A DNA stretch of 64,000 nucleotides from Marsupella aquatica. Taxonomy: Eukaryota; Plantae; Marchantiophyta. The notes under the pieces were generated by a model. The model worked only from the letters and a program-made list of their open reading frames with translations. It ran no database searches and was not told the DNA's origin. The stretch covers positions 6,438,166 to 6,502,165 of the forward strand of contig OZ316896.1 in assembly GCA_973895155.1 (NCBI GenBank), read 5' to 3'. A program made the translations under genes and the position numbers. Shown here one piece after another: positions 12,580-25,984 of the stretch (the first letter of the stretch is position 1; each line of letters begins with the position of its first letter).

Positions 12580-15500
12580 TAGCACCCGGCGCTGGTAAAA
12601 CTAGCGCCAAAGGCGAGGTGTTTTTAAAAGACACCAAAAAACTGAATAGGAGTAAATAATTATAAGAAACTCGTAGCGGTAGGAACTCTCCACGATTATT
12701 GCTAGCGTCGGGCGCTGTGAAGAGTCTATAATTTGTACCAGTTGCACTCTCGGAGGATATTTAATGAAGGGGGTTATGAAATGTTTGATCTCGGAACGCT
12801 ATTTAACTCAGTTATAATTAACGAAAACCTTTCAATAGCGCCTGGCGCTACTACTCTAATCCCACTAGAAAACCATCGTCTATTCCAGCCTCCTCCCAAT
12901 CAGGGTCTTTCCGGAAGCCATGTAGCTGCAAAGATCCATGACTGTTCCCGCAAGTTCACCTAATACCACAAAATCAGACGAAAACCAAAACATTTATGCA
13001 ACCACAACCCGGAAAGAATCCACACCAAAGAACCCTTAGAAAATTGGGAAGCGCCTGGCGCTAGCCAATATTGCACCTGAGAACACGTCTTCACAACTCA
13101 AACTTCAAGAATTCTGAAATAAAAATATAATAGTGACAGTATGTTTGAGGAGCGCCTAGCGCTAGTAAAACTTGAAAGGGCTTAAAATCGGCCAATTCAT
13201 CAAAATGGTTACATATTGAAACATTAAATGACGTATTTGAAGAAAACCCCATTGCTACCTATAAACTATCAGATGTTTCTGATGTGGAGCTTTCAGATCT
13301 GTCCTTGGACTCGGCTTCGTCATCAATGTACTTGCTTCGGGAAACATCATCTATATAAGGGTTCCTCATGAACTTCCTGTCTGCTCCCCTCTGAAGACGT
13401 AGACCTTTTGTTTCCCAACAAAGCATTCTAATATGTCAACCCTCCTAGCCGCATTTTCAGCGTATGAGGGCAAAACAAACGGCTTCTCAAGAGTGACAAT
13501 TACATTCCTAGCTAGTCTCCTCCGGAGTTGGAAATGCTTCCTCAGATTCCATTCTGACCTGATCCAGTAAAACGGAAAAAAATATAAGTTTAGGGGATAA
13601 GAGAGCAAGAACCCAGAATTGTCAACAACACTTGAAAGGATAAAGAAGCTTATTGGAAGAACATTACTCGTCTAATTCTTCGCTCTTCTCCGAAGAATCT
13701 TCCTCCTGGGTTTTCTCTGTGTCATCTCCGACATCTCCAGAGGTACCTTCCTCTTCATCGAAATCAAAGTTGAGAATAGAGCGGAGCCTATCTTTCTTTT
13801 TGCGACCACTTAAATTGGTTGCGGGAGGAGGCAATATCGGAACATGCTTGGGATCAAGAAGTTCTAAGAAAACCCTTGATGCGGTCTCAACAAACTCACG
13901 CCTATTTTCCAACCCAATCACGAAACAACCAAAAAAATCACCAACAATGAATGTGCTTCCTGAACCTACAGTCTAGTCAAGGACAATATCTCCAGGAAGA
14001 GTAAAAAGCTCTATCACCAACTCCATAAAACCAACCAAAAGACAGGCGTTCCCAGCAAAATCCAATTCCCGGCAATGATCTGTCTTCAAGGTTGGGAGCC
14101 CAATCAAGCTAGAGATCAAAGGATCTTTGCTTATTGATAGAGACTTAAACCTTGGATCCTTTGGTACCTTTCTCTTTGAAGAAGTCTGACAAAATATGTC
14201 TAGCTTGAGGGTAAATACCTGCACGCATCGCACACGTTTGGGTAAAATTATCAACCGACGGGTAATGTCTCGAGAACTACAGCAAAGACTAAATTAGCGT
14301 CGAGCGCTAACAATAAACAAGAGATGCAATGATCTGTACCTGAATATTGGTCTTTGCTCTGTACATGGGCATAGACATGACGACATTGTGAGAATTGACA
14401 CAATGGAACTTTTTTGACTGCTAGCATGCTAAAATGACCTGCGAGACCTGGTCATGGTCATCTGAATACAAGATCGCAAGCATGCCATCATCAGAAAGGA
14501 AAGGGTCCATCGCTTTGAAGAAAGAACTGGGAACTGTGTGGTCTGGTACATTCCACTTTGGAACTCGACAGTCCATGAGCGTAGGTTTAAGTCCAGTAGG
14601 AAGATAGATGAATCCTACATTGACACCAAACGATCTTTCCTTTCCTCCTCTGATGACTCCCTTTTCCCGGGAACCCGACTTGATTAAGTCCTTTCCCCAT
14701 TTCTCTGCATCAGTCACCCAATCTGGTTTCGCTGCTTTGTTGAAAGCAGTATCAATAAATTCTTGGATACTTGTTTCCACCATGCAATGCCTAGAAGATT
14801 TACTCTTGAAGGTTCCCACATCTCTCTGAACACCAGTTCCAGCGGCATCATCTCGGAAAGATAATTCTCCAGCTTGAATTGCCCTTTTCTTCTTCTTCTT
14901 TGTACCGGTTGCATCAAGAGGGATGATCTCTTTTGCTTTGTCAATTGGAGTTACTGGGTCTGATTGGGCACCGGTATTGGCTTTGGAAGGCTCTAGAGTG
15001 GCATCTACTTTTGTTTCGTTGGTTGCAGCGTCAGACTTTCTCCCACCTAAAGGAAAAAGAGCATAATTTATTCAATGCTGAGTAATAGCGTCAGGCACTG
15101 TCCAAACCAATTGAAAAAACAAGTTACCAATAGACATAGTCATATAGTAGCGCCTAGCGCTAACCAAAATGTGAAGCTACAAGCTGAATGACAACTTACG
15201 TTTTTTGGCGGACCGCGTTGAGGTACTCGGTGCCACAGCTTTGGTTTTTGCTTTGGCTCTGGGTTTGCAACTTCGGTCAACATGAACAACCGTAGTTTCG
15301 CACACCGTTTGCAATTCTGCCGCCGACTTGCTCACATCACCTTCGATTCCCTACTTTGTGTTGGACACAAACTTGGGAGGGACCTGAGACTTCAAGAGCT
15401 TATGAAATGCGTCTTTCTCAATGTCGCCAAATGGAGAGTCCCATCTATCGGTGTCCAAATACCAAGGACAATGAATTCTCTCCCATTCTGAGAGTTTCCT

Positions 15501-17840
15501 TGGTGGAAGACACCCTTCAGCGGGATACATTGAATACACGTTGGCCAGTATGTCTCCTTCGGGAACAACGATCCACTTTTGGAAAGCAACAGGGTATGCC
15601 CGAAAGTAATCTGGCTTCACAATCTCCATATGCATGAAGAAACGGTACAGGTATCGTTTGGCCCTCTTTTGATTCTTGAGGGTGTAGTCAGCCTTGTCGG
15701 GATACTTGGAAGGCCACATTGTATTAAAAAACTTGCCTTTCACAGCGTCCCCAAATTTCTTGAAATCATTTGAGACTATTTCAATAAGCGATTCAATCGA
15801 CTCACACTCCCACTCCTGCAACCGATTGGAGGGGACTATATCACTGACCTGGCGTAGGGAGGTTTGCAGCAAACCAATAGCGATTCCCTCCACAGTGTTC
15901 CAAGTTTGCCAGGTATGGCACCATTGCTTCACTGGATTGTCATTAACGCTCAGTGGATGGAAGAATTGTTTCCTCAGCTCCGGTTGCCCATTGTCGGTAC
16001 TCCTCAGCTTGGGGTCGAGGGCAGAGACAATGGTAAACAATCTTGCTTGATCCATTGTACAGACAACTGCATCCGGCTTCTTCTCTCTCTTATTCTTCTC
16101 TGTGAGGGGGTACATCTCGGCACATGTTTGCATGAAGTCCTCAAAAGCGAGGCTTAACAGAGGAGTGATTTTTGACAACTTTATAGCCCAATCCTTTGTT
16201 GCCTCCATCATCGCTGCATGTCTTTTTGAAATCTCTTCGGGAGACCAAGGTGTACCCTGAGCAACAGCATGTTCCAGATCCATCTTAAACTGTCGAGAAT
16301 AAGACTTGATCTTATTCTCACACAAGATGTACAAAAGCGCTTATTGAGGCATGTTTTTCGTATACCACGATCCCTTCCGTGTTTTCTGCATGATCTATCC
16401 AAACTTCTTGAAGTTTGCGGCGTCAATGATAGACTTGTAGTAATTGAGTTCATTCGACAGAATTCGGTTGATACGGTCTGCGTCAAGTATCCAAGAGGGT
16501 TTGACCACTGCCTACCCAAGCCTGAAAATGAGAGAGGGAGTCAGTAGCGCCCGACGCTAGTGAAACACTGTGATCATAGATTAGAATAGAAATATGTTGG
16601 AAGAGACACTTGCTAGTTAACAGCGTGCATCGCCGCCTCAATCTCAATCAAGGACCCCTTTTCTCCCTTGAATATTGTGCACTGGATGCGAGGATGGTAT
16701 TTCACATCATTCGAATTCTTCTTCGTGACGATGGACCATGCGTAGAGTCGATGGTTTCCATCAAACACAGAAAACATCTTATCCTACAAACTGCAAACGA
16801 CATAATGTGTGTTTGCAGTTTGCAGGATAAGATGTTTTCTAATTTGTTTGTTGTGGAGGACTTCGGAGATCACATCGTAAATAGTAAACGGAGATCCACA
16901 GCAAATAAATTAGAATCATCCATCTTCCCTCTCTTGCTCTTCGGGAATGATACAACGGGTTGTGCTTCAAGAGCTCGCAAAGTAGTGGATTGAGTCACTC
17001 GATGACTATACACAGATCGTGAAAACGAGCACTCAGATGTTTGCGAGGGAACGACCTCTCTGTGTCTGTTTCCACTAAAGCATTGAGAGGAGGAGAAGGC
17101 AGGGTCCATTGCTCGCACAAGGGCAAAGGAAGTACTGACGACCACCGCGCTCTTTCCATACCGTGAACGACAAAAACCCGTCACACAGCTTTGATCGTAC
17201 CGTACTTAACATGGGAAATAAGAAGAATCCAGAGCATAGAGCCATATACGCTAAGCAAACTGAACTCATGGCCTGGATCTGTGACACATGTTGTTGTCTT
17301 ATTCGACAACACCAAAGATGATCGATGTATCGAGGGTCATGCAACCTATAGTTACCGTTGAATATGACCGTTGAAAGGAAAACCTGGGAATATATCAAAT
17401 TCATTTTTACTCACCAAATAGTAGCGTTGGGCGCTAGTAATTTCCAAGGCCTGAAGTCTTCAATTTTGACGTCAATTGGAATTCAATATAGAGCCATAAG
17501 AGGCGTTAATACGCCATTATTTTCCCCAAAACCCGTTTTTCTCATAATGGCGTAGCAAAAAACAAAGCTTCTCAGACTTTTGAAGGCTCCTACTTCAAAG
17601 TTTACCATTGTATACGTTCATAATATGAATGAAATCAATATTAGCGCCTGGCGCTAATCATCCAGTGTCTCCTTTAGGAATTCGTTTTATGTCATTTGAT
17701 TTTATTAGCGCCTGGCGCTACACATAAATTGACGTTAGATGGACCCTAAACTTTTGGATTGTTATTAATAGCGCTAGGCGCTACACATAAATTGACTCTA
17801 CATGGGCCTCTACTTTTGTATTGTTTTTAATAGCGCCTAT
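12580..17840. repeat. Dispersed 15-bp palindrome TAGCGCCNGGCGCTA (cluster in the left part of the MULE)
   Basis: Copies or variants start at 12580, 12703, 12836, 13049, 13150, 14295, 15086, 15148, 16545, 17422, 17642, 17706 and 17769, with a half-site at 17831. Further copies at 41782, 41967, 46442, 46592, 3668 and 3743. Confidence 0.9.
13260..17120 (-). pseudogene. MULE cargo gene: ParB/Srx-like (DGNHR) N-terminal domain + beta-class N4/N6 amino-methyltransferase-like C-terminal domain; intron-containing
   Basis: Minus-strand translation gives DKMFSVFDGNHRLYAW (~16783-16736), the 327-aa ORF 15351-16334, VNVGFIYLPTG...FFKAMDPFLSDDGMLAILY (14421-14819), and MELVIELFTLPGDIVLD*TVGSGSTFIVGDFFGCFVIGLENRREFVETA (~14026-13880). 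Probable introns at ~16523-16613, 15048-15199 and ~14220-14339. Premature stops resemble CAG/CAA/TGG deaminations. Confidence 0.7.
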
Positions 17841-18069
17841 TCATCATCTGATATTTCTAGAACAAAAGGGTTCTTCCTAAATGACGTTTATTGTAAATGA
17901 CGTTGATCTTAAATGACGTTGATATAACGACAAAATACATTTATGGTGTCAGAGGATTGTCTTATTATAACGGCTTTAGGGAACTGTTAGTTAGGATCAA
18001 TAACAGTCCTCGCCCGAGGAATTTCAATTCATAATTTTCCTGCGCTCATTCGCTTCCAAGGCTTTTTTG

Positions 18070-19424
18070 ATGTCTCAGTCAATCGTAGTTACCCATATGT
18101 CCACCGGTGACATTGTTTTCATTCCAGTGTCTATGGCCAAAAGGTACAGGCAAATAAGTGAGGTTTATCTTTGTGGAAGGTTTGATTTGCACATGAATGA
18201 CATAGTGGCAATCGTTCAGGAGGGAACGGAAGCCAATGACTTTGAATCTGTCGCACTTTTTTATGTCGATGATGGGGTGAGATTCTGGCACCTTAATACT
18301 AGGTTGCGCTACTCCATTGTCATTCGGGAAAAAATCAAAGACATCGGCAATCCCCTCAGAGGGATCCGGTGGATGTAGTATCTCTTTCCGATAGTGATGA
18401 TGAGGAGCCACCAAGGATCCCCCCGGTGGAGCCTTTGGCGCCTGACGTGGTCTTGGTCACAGAGGAGATGCCATCATCGCAATCCCATATTGTATACCGG
18501 AGAAGTGCAATGGACGCGCTGCTCAAGTCAACTGGGTCCAACAAACTTTCGAGGTTCATTGCGGCTGGAAACTTCCGGCATGAACAAGTACCTTGTTTGC
18601 CTCTGAAGTACAATGGAAACATAGTGTTTAAGTTGCCTCCATAGTCGGGAATTCTTTCAAAAGGATCCCGTCTACGGGACATGGACCGTACCAAGGATTG
18701 CTACATCTGGACTAGAATATTTCCTACCACTGCAAACGTGCAGCCCAAGAAATTCTGGGAATTTGGTAAAGTTACTTGTACTGGATTTATTGAGTGCAGG
18801 AATAAAACTTGTGACTACTTCCGCCGAAAGAAGAGGAGGAATGCAAAGGCATGGGCTGGTACCCCAAAACTTGGAGGCTCTCACCGTGTTGGATCGTTCA
18901 TTCAGCAGGGTGGAGTTGTTTGTCATTATTGCCAGCAACTCCCTTTTTGTGTAGAGGCATGCTCTGCAAGACTGTTTTATATGTATCCTCAAGTTCTACT
19001 TGACTCAGATACCTGTAGTCGCATGTCTTGCCTTGCGATTCATATGGGTATCCACAACCATCCTTGTCGTAAGGTATTTTCTTGGAGTGCGAAAAAGGTA
19101 GTTGAAGATGTCATAAAAAAGAAATGGGAAGGCAATCCAACTTGGACGCCTGCCAGGATTAAAAATGTAGCGATATGATCTTTTGTATAGTCTTTGTGTG
19201 AGAGCTTGGGTGACATTGAAGATATCAAAGAGACAGAGATTTTCCAGTCTCTAATGGTAGTTTCTGCTCCACAGAAGTTTGCATCTCTTTTCAGGAGTGT
19301 TAGGCAGGACCAAAAAGGCCGTGGAGAGTTGGATTTTCTTGTTCGATATCAAAAGAATATCAACATGCCTTTTCTACAGAGATATATCCTTCCAGGTCAA
19401 GGATCTCAAGAAGACAAACCTCAC
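18070..19424 (+). pseudogene. MULE transposase, 5' part (WRKY/GCM1-like zinc-finger region)
   Basis: ORF pieces 18067-18378, 18369-18644, 18681-19178 (C-x4-C...CHYC...CLAIHMGIHNHPC) and 19194-19424 (PFLQRYILPGQG..DKPH). Cut by an LTR at 19425. Confidence 0.75.
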
Positions 19425-21340
19425 TGTCACCTGCTTATCAAACGACTAACACAACAAACACCACATGGTTCCACTAAAAATCATTTGTATCGTATGACGG
19501 GGACGTGGAGGGACGCTATATGGATCAATTTCATACTAAGGATGAGTAGATTCGTTTCCGCTCCCGGAAATGTATTTTTTGATCAAGTCTACCGACTATA
19601 CGTAATCTACTTTTGATCAAGTCCCGTGGACTACCTTGCTTCTACTCCTCCTGGCCTTTGGCAAAGTGCTGTCACCACTCTCCCACTCACAAGGTCGACC
19701 AAGCCATGTAAGTTTCTCTAAATACTCATACTAGGGGAAGAACACAATCGTGCAACCAAGAGAGGGAACAACACACAAGAAGTCATGAAAATCCAACCGA
19801 ATCCATATCTATTAGTGGCCAAGGTAACACATTGCATGGGCAACCCGGTCTCCTACCGTCTACCCAACTCCTGCCTCACGGGACAATGAGCCTCTCCACC
19901 TCAATACTCCGGATTAATTCCCTACTCTTGTTGAAGGCTAATCCTCACAAAAACAACACTAGACTGAGTTCCCCCTGCTCCTACTGGGGGCTGCTGGTTA
20001 AATACCGAAAACAACAATGCGTGAACACACAAGCCTTAGGGTGTGGCGGCGGCCACTGCCCTGGCTGGCCGCCATCCGCTAGCGGCGCCGCTAACCTAAA
20101 AGTTTTCTACACATGCGGCACACACATGCACCCCTAATCCTATTGCTACCTAAGTGAGGCCAATGGTGCCTTCGTCGGCCATCACACCAACTAAACAAAA
20201 CTAGACTAATGTCCTATGTAGGCCATGGCCTACCTTCCTACTACGGGGCGGCCAACACCTCCCACTACTCTGGCCATGGGAATAGCCGAAAGTAAAAAGT
20301 TACACGAAATTTGGTCCTGAGAAATTTTCTGAGTAGCCACGGCCATCCTGATCGTAACCCCGAAAACGGCTCCCAAAACGGACATCAGACGCCCGAGATA
20401 TGGCCTACCGAGTCTCAAATCCTACCACGGCCAGCGTCACGTCCAAATCGTCCGTACGGTCTCAGCCCCCCATCACGACATCAAATTGAGGTACCCTGGC
20501 CATGGCCACATGCCCTGACTTGGCCGGGTCACCTTCCTGAAGTCCGTACGGCGCCGAACCCTCATTTTTCACAAAAACGCTCCGGTCTATATCTCTCTCA
20601 TTTTAACTCCGTTTGAGGCGTGTCTTACATCATTAGATTCAGCTTGACGAGCTCCTTCCAATAAGCCCATGAGTTCTTGATTTTGAGAAGATTGAAAATT
20701 TCGACTTTTGTGTGGCCAAGGTCCGTACGGCTCCCGTACTAACCGTCATCTGACTACTTGCTTGTAGTAAGATCCTCATCTATGGATTGGCCACTGGAAC
20801 CCACACTGTCCTCCTGGCCGGGGTCTCACTGGGCTTGCCCTCCGGTGGCCAGGGCCTCTCCCCTCAGGCCGCCTTACTGTTGGCCAACACCCTCCTTGGC
20901 CGACTTGCTACCTTGCAGGCCGCCTGCCACCCAGGTCGGCTTCTTCCTCTCTGGCCGGCTTGTTGTTTGGCCGGCGCCCAAAAGTGATGCTTGGCCACTC
21001 TCGCCTTTCGACCCGACCCCCATTACGTTAATACTAGGGCCGCTTAAAAATAAAAAGATAGGAATCCCCCAACGCCTACATGGAAGGGCATTAGGGTACA
21101 TGCCTTGTCTTGCCCCGGCCAGTGGCCAACCCCCCCTTATCCTGAGGCTTGGCCGACAACTAAAATTAAGAGGACATAAAAACCATCAACACTCACCTCA
21201 TCTTATTGTACGTAAACTATCTTTGGTGAGGTTGTAAGAGAACAAAAGGAAAAAAAAACTTGACACAAATCTATTTATTTACATGTGTGCGTCACTACTA
21301 CCCTTTAAAATCATTCCTTGGGACCATTGGCCCCATCACA
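19425..21340 (-). repeat. 3' LTR of the Athila-like element (1916 bp)
   Basis: Direct repeat of 39224-41139, with about 27 differences counted by eye (~1.4%). Preceded on the - strand by the PPT aagaggggag-cta (21341-21353). Confidence 0.95.
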
Positions 21341-21847
21341 TAGCTCCCCTCTTAATTGCGAAGCGTCCCCGCGAGCACCATACTCCTCTTCCGTATAATA
21401 TTTCTTCAGCCGCTCCTGGTTGATGCGGGTGTTGAGTAGCTGTCCCTCCAATATTTTGAGTTGCACAGATCCATTTGGGTAGACCTCGTCTACAAGGTAG
21501 GGTCCCATCCACCGCGTGTGTAACTTGCCCGGGAAATGCATAAATCGACTGTCATAGAGTAGCACCAAATCTCCCGGCTCAATGGCCGCTCGTTGAAGGC
21601 GGGCATCATAGTGTAGCTTCCGTTTGTTTTGTTGTTGCTCTGTGCGCTCTAGAGCAAGTTCACGTATTTCTGTTAGTTGTTCCAACTGATGGATGCGAGC
21701 TACTGCACTTCTTTCCTCTCCGTCTCTCTCCTTGGTCAAGATTCGGATGGTGGGCACCTCAAATTCCACCGGTACAAGAGAATGTTGGCCAAACACAAGG
21801 AAGTAGGGGGTATGGCCAGTGGTGGTTTTGTGGGCCAAGTTGTAGGC
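21311..21847 (-). pseudogene. Integrase C-terminus of the Athila-like element
   Basis: AYNLAHKTTTGHTPYFLVFG...GKLHTRWMGPY (GPY motif). Joins DWDLKLLAATYA at 33137 across the aggc TSD. Confidence 0.93.
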
Positions 21848-22738
21848 TGTCGTGCTAGAGTGCATCGATGTACCAGTTGTGTCGTACCCGCAAACCTGTA
21901 TAGTGAATACACTTACTATCCTATCAACTGTCTACTTGCATGCAGAAACAGAAAAAGAAAAGCATCCTATCTACTAATAAAATGTGAGACAAAGTGAGTC
22001 CGGAGTAAGCGAATCTGTAATGCGCTTTACTAGAATGGGCGGAAAACCGTAGGGCAGCAATGTAAGCACTACTCAACGATGAAAAACCGACCGCCGTCTA
22101 TGTAATTGACGGGCACGCTATGCAACGATCATCTACGTGTAATCGACGAGCGCTGCCAAGCAAGAAACTAGAAACTATAACCGGATTCACTTCAGAACTG
22201 AAGTGAATGAAGGGAGGCCCAGAAGGTATACCCCCTGGATCCCAAGGGATGGGCTGCCTCACCCGATAATTAAGGCAATCTGTGAGGAGCCCTCCCAACC
22301 ACTGAAACCTCACCATAACAGACGAAACAGTGGTGTGCAAGATAGACTGATCCCAGATTAGGCAAACCTACCAGCTAACTAACCTAATTGACCATCTGGC
22401 CCTATCCGGTGCCGCCGTCTCCTAGGTGGCAGCGAGGCGGGTTAAATCCCGAGCCGCAATCCTAGCGCCGGTCGCTCACCAGTCGCTAAATCTACCTGGC
22501 AATGCCCTAAATTAATCAGGATTACTGCTAACTAGGATAGCCGCTCAAACCCGAGTACGTGGTTAAGCGCCAACAAGGGTTTGCATGACAGCTGTCGTGC
22601 TAGAGTGCATCGATGTACCAGCTGTGTCGTAACCGCAAACCTGTCTAGTGAATACACTTACTATCCTATCAGCTGTCTACTTGCATGTAGAAATAGCAAA
22701 AGAAAAGCATCATATCTACTCCCCCCCCAGTCGGTGAC

Positions 22739-25700
22739 CTACTGGCCTCGTCGACTGGTGGTAGGATGGTGTTGCCTGGTGCAAGCATGACAAAACCACT
22801 GACCTTCTGGAACGTTGTGCAATGGAGGTGTAAGACAGAACAAATGGAAATCGTTGTTACAACGATCACAGAGCAACATAAGATGAGCATCGTCAATGCG
22901 ATGACAAATTTGACAGGGATGATCCACAGGTGGAACCCAGTCTGCAGTGATTATAGTAGAATCAAGATTAGGTAGGTGGCATGGAGCACAATTCTTGAAG
23001 TGATCAGTGATGGTACGACCATCTGACCCTTCCAACAAAAGCACCCCAGACGCCCGGACTTCCTTGACTCGAAGAATGATCCGGCCTGCAGAAGTATCCA
23101 AGGTATCTATGGTCTGCCGCTGTAAGTAGACATAATCCCCAACCTCAAATTTGCGGATTTTGGGACGGTAGCTGCCACCACGGGTGTAAGCATAGCGTAG
23201 AGTATCCCGATGCTGAGCAATGCGAAGGTTTTGCATAGCCATAGGAATGACTCACTTGAACAAAGCTGCTCTGTTTGAAATGACCTGAGCCCAAACCTGT
23301 TCATTGTCTAGATCCACCACCTGGTCCATCTGCGGTGCGATGGCAGAGGGTGGTACCGGGTGTCAACCAAATAACAGGAAATAAGGAGAAAATGATGAAA
23401 GAGCTGCATGCTTGGACATACGATAACCCATAGCAATATAGGGTAATTGTAGATCCCAATCAGCCTTGTTTTTGGTAAGGCAAATCTTGCGTAGCCCTTT
23501 CTTACATGTTTGGACCATGCGTTCTGCAAGACCATCAGCTTGTGGATGATCGCGTGATGTCCTCCTGTGATCAATGAGCGCATGGTCAAGGAGGTCTTGA
23601 AACTCTCCTTTGAACTCTGTTCCCTGATCAGTTAAGCATTCAGCACATGCGCCAAACTGACTGAGAACCCGTTGTAGAAATGCCTGGCTGGTGCTGTGGG
23701 ATGACTTGTTACGCAATGGCACTAACTCAATCCATTTTGAAAAGTGCTCAATCATAATCATCACAAAGACATTACCCCTAGGTGTAACCGGTAATTCACT
23801 AGCCAAGTCACACGACCAACGGTAGAATAATCCCTGAATTGGCAAAGGTCGCAACTGCATTTGGCGGTCTGAGAATGAACTCTTTACTCGATCACATTCT
23901 GCACATCGAGCCAACACATCCCTCACTTGTGTGTACATACTTCACCGCGTGAAGTGGGGAGTAAGCAAGCTGTGGGTTCGTTTGATGCCAAAATGCCCCA
24001 ACTCTGAATGGATCTTCTGTATAAGTGCTGGTCTCTCCAGCACACGCGGGACCACATGATCCCCTGATGGGAATAGTCGAATCAAATGGTTACCCTTCCA
24101 TGCATAGCGGCGTGCTCTGTGCTGGATGCGGTCTCTCTCCATGAGGGTAGCATTAGAAGGGAATTCGCCTAGTTGTATGTAGTGTAGGGTTGCAGAATTA
24201 TTCCATATGTCCACAGATGTAGCCTCAGCAACCTGCACATCTGCTAATAGTGCCAAGCAAGCAGTAGCGGTTGGTTCTACGATAGCATCAAAATCTTGTC
24301 TTGCAGCCGTGTGATCTTCTGTTGTACTCAGAGGACTGCGTGACATTGCATCAGCATTCTGGTGGGTGACTCCTAGTCGATGAATGACTTCAAAAGTGTA
24401 CTCCTGCAAGATCAATGCCCATCTAGCTAGCTTACCGGTCAGTTTGTCATTGGTCATCAACCATTTAAGTGGTTGATGATCTGTAAACAATACAAACTTT
24501 TTACCATACAAGTATGGCCGGAAATGTACCACAGCCCATACCACAGCAAGTAGCTCTCCTTCGTAGGATGAGTAGTTGCTTTCTGCCTTGTTGTTACTGC
24601 GTGAAGCATAGGCAACAACATACTCTGGTTCACCATCATCTTGCTATCCCAGAATGGCTCCGAGGCCAATAGCACTCCAATCAGTGTGAAGAATGAAAGG
24701 GATCTTGAAATTGGGCCGACGGAGAACTGGGTGTGTGGTCAGTGCTGCTTTGATATTTTCAAATGCAGTCTGTCGCTCTGCAGTCTAGCACCATGGGGTG
24801 TCTTTTTTCAACAACTGATTCAGAGGGCTTGCAATGGTACTGAAATTCTCAACATGTGTGCGGTAGTAATTACACAGACCTAGAAAGATGCGTAGTTTGT
24901 TGACATCTGTAGGTGCCTTCATGTTGTTGATAGCCAGAACCTTGGCCTCCTCTAGCATGAGTCCATCTGGAATCACTCGGTGTCCCAAATAGATCACAAT
25001 GTTCACCCCAAATTCACATTTCTTGGGATGACATTTGAGATTAGCTTTTCTGAGCCTTTTGAATAGATCCTCCAAATCATCCATGTGCTGATCAAATGAA
25101 GGGCTGTGCACTACGACATCATCAATATAGCATTTGATGTGTGCTGCACCTTCCTTCACTATATCCATGACCTTCTAAAAGAAGATGGCTGCATTGACTG
25201 TGCCAAATGGCATGTATAGCCATTCCCACAACTTGTCACTGCCATGGAATGCAGTCTTCTTTCTATCCTTCTCTGCCACCACGATTTGGTTGAACCCTTG
25301 CCGCAGGTCTAAAATAGAGAAATATCGAGACTTCCCTAGCCCATCAAAGATCTCCTCTGGCGTGGGGACAGGATATCTATCCTGCTGAGTTACCTGGTTG
25401 AGTGCCCGATAATCCCCACACATCCTCTTTTCTGACCATAGCCCGCTGCTATCCTTCTTTGCTGGCATGACTGTGGGAGCAGCAAAAGGGGAACTTGAAG
25501 GTCTGATGAGACCTGCCTCATGTAGTTCCTTGCATCTAGCATCCACCAACTCCCACTCATGCTGGCTGAGTCGATGCCGCTTCCGAAATATCGGTGTCTC
25601 ATCGGTCAATGGAATTATGAATTCCATTATGTTGCACTTCCCTAAATCCTTCATAGAGAATGCAAAGCAATCTTTGTACTCATTGATGAGTTTCTTCATC

Positions 25701-25760
25701 CGTAGCTTCTGGGTTGCTGTCAGTTGTTCTCCCATGGTCCACTCAAAATTCTCAGCTGAA
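22739..25760 (-). pseudogene. RT, RNase H, DDE integrase and C-terminal PHD finger of the nested element
   Basis: RT CGDYRALN, LDLRQGFNQ and YIDD. RNase H WAVVHFRPYLYG..TDHQPL. Integrase HSELGH..CAEC, WSCDL, TDQGTEF and AERMVQ. PHD CQIC...CDRC...HLFC...WFCHAC (ORF 22739-23242). Confidence 0.92.
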
Positions 25761-25984
25761 GGTGGTGGCTTCTCTTTTGATTTGTCTTCCTCTGTATTTG
25801 TGGAAGAGCTATGGCTAAAAGCGTGTGGTTGAAGATTAACTGGGATCTCTCCCCCCCAAGCCACTGGTCGGAAATGGTAGGTACCAACCTGTGGGAGGTG
25901 TAAATCTGTGGGAGAAAAGATCTCAGCTGTAGCTACTGCCTTCGAGGTATGGTGTGCAATGGTGAGCATTTGAAAAGCCAAACA

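Noticed and set aside
13880-14030. Bacterial contamination as the source of the MTase-like sequence
   Set aside because: It sits in an intron-containing, deaminated gene that has a diverged paralogue in the same window, among plant TEs.
12580-17840. Palindromic repeats as a CRISPR array or bacterial REP elements
   Set aside because: Spacing is irregular (60-1400 bp), there are no cas genes, and the context is eukaryotic with spliceosomal introns.
17878-17920. Three aaatgacgtt (TGACG) motifs between the divergent MULE genes as a bZIP/as-1 element
   Set aside because: Plausible for a bidirectional promoter, but too short to support without expression or binding data.
20311-21237. ORFs of 101 and 159 aa repeated at 40110-41036
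   Set aside because: They lie in GC-rich LTR sequence and recur only because the LTR is duplicated. No protein motifs.
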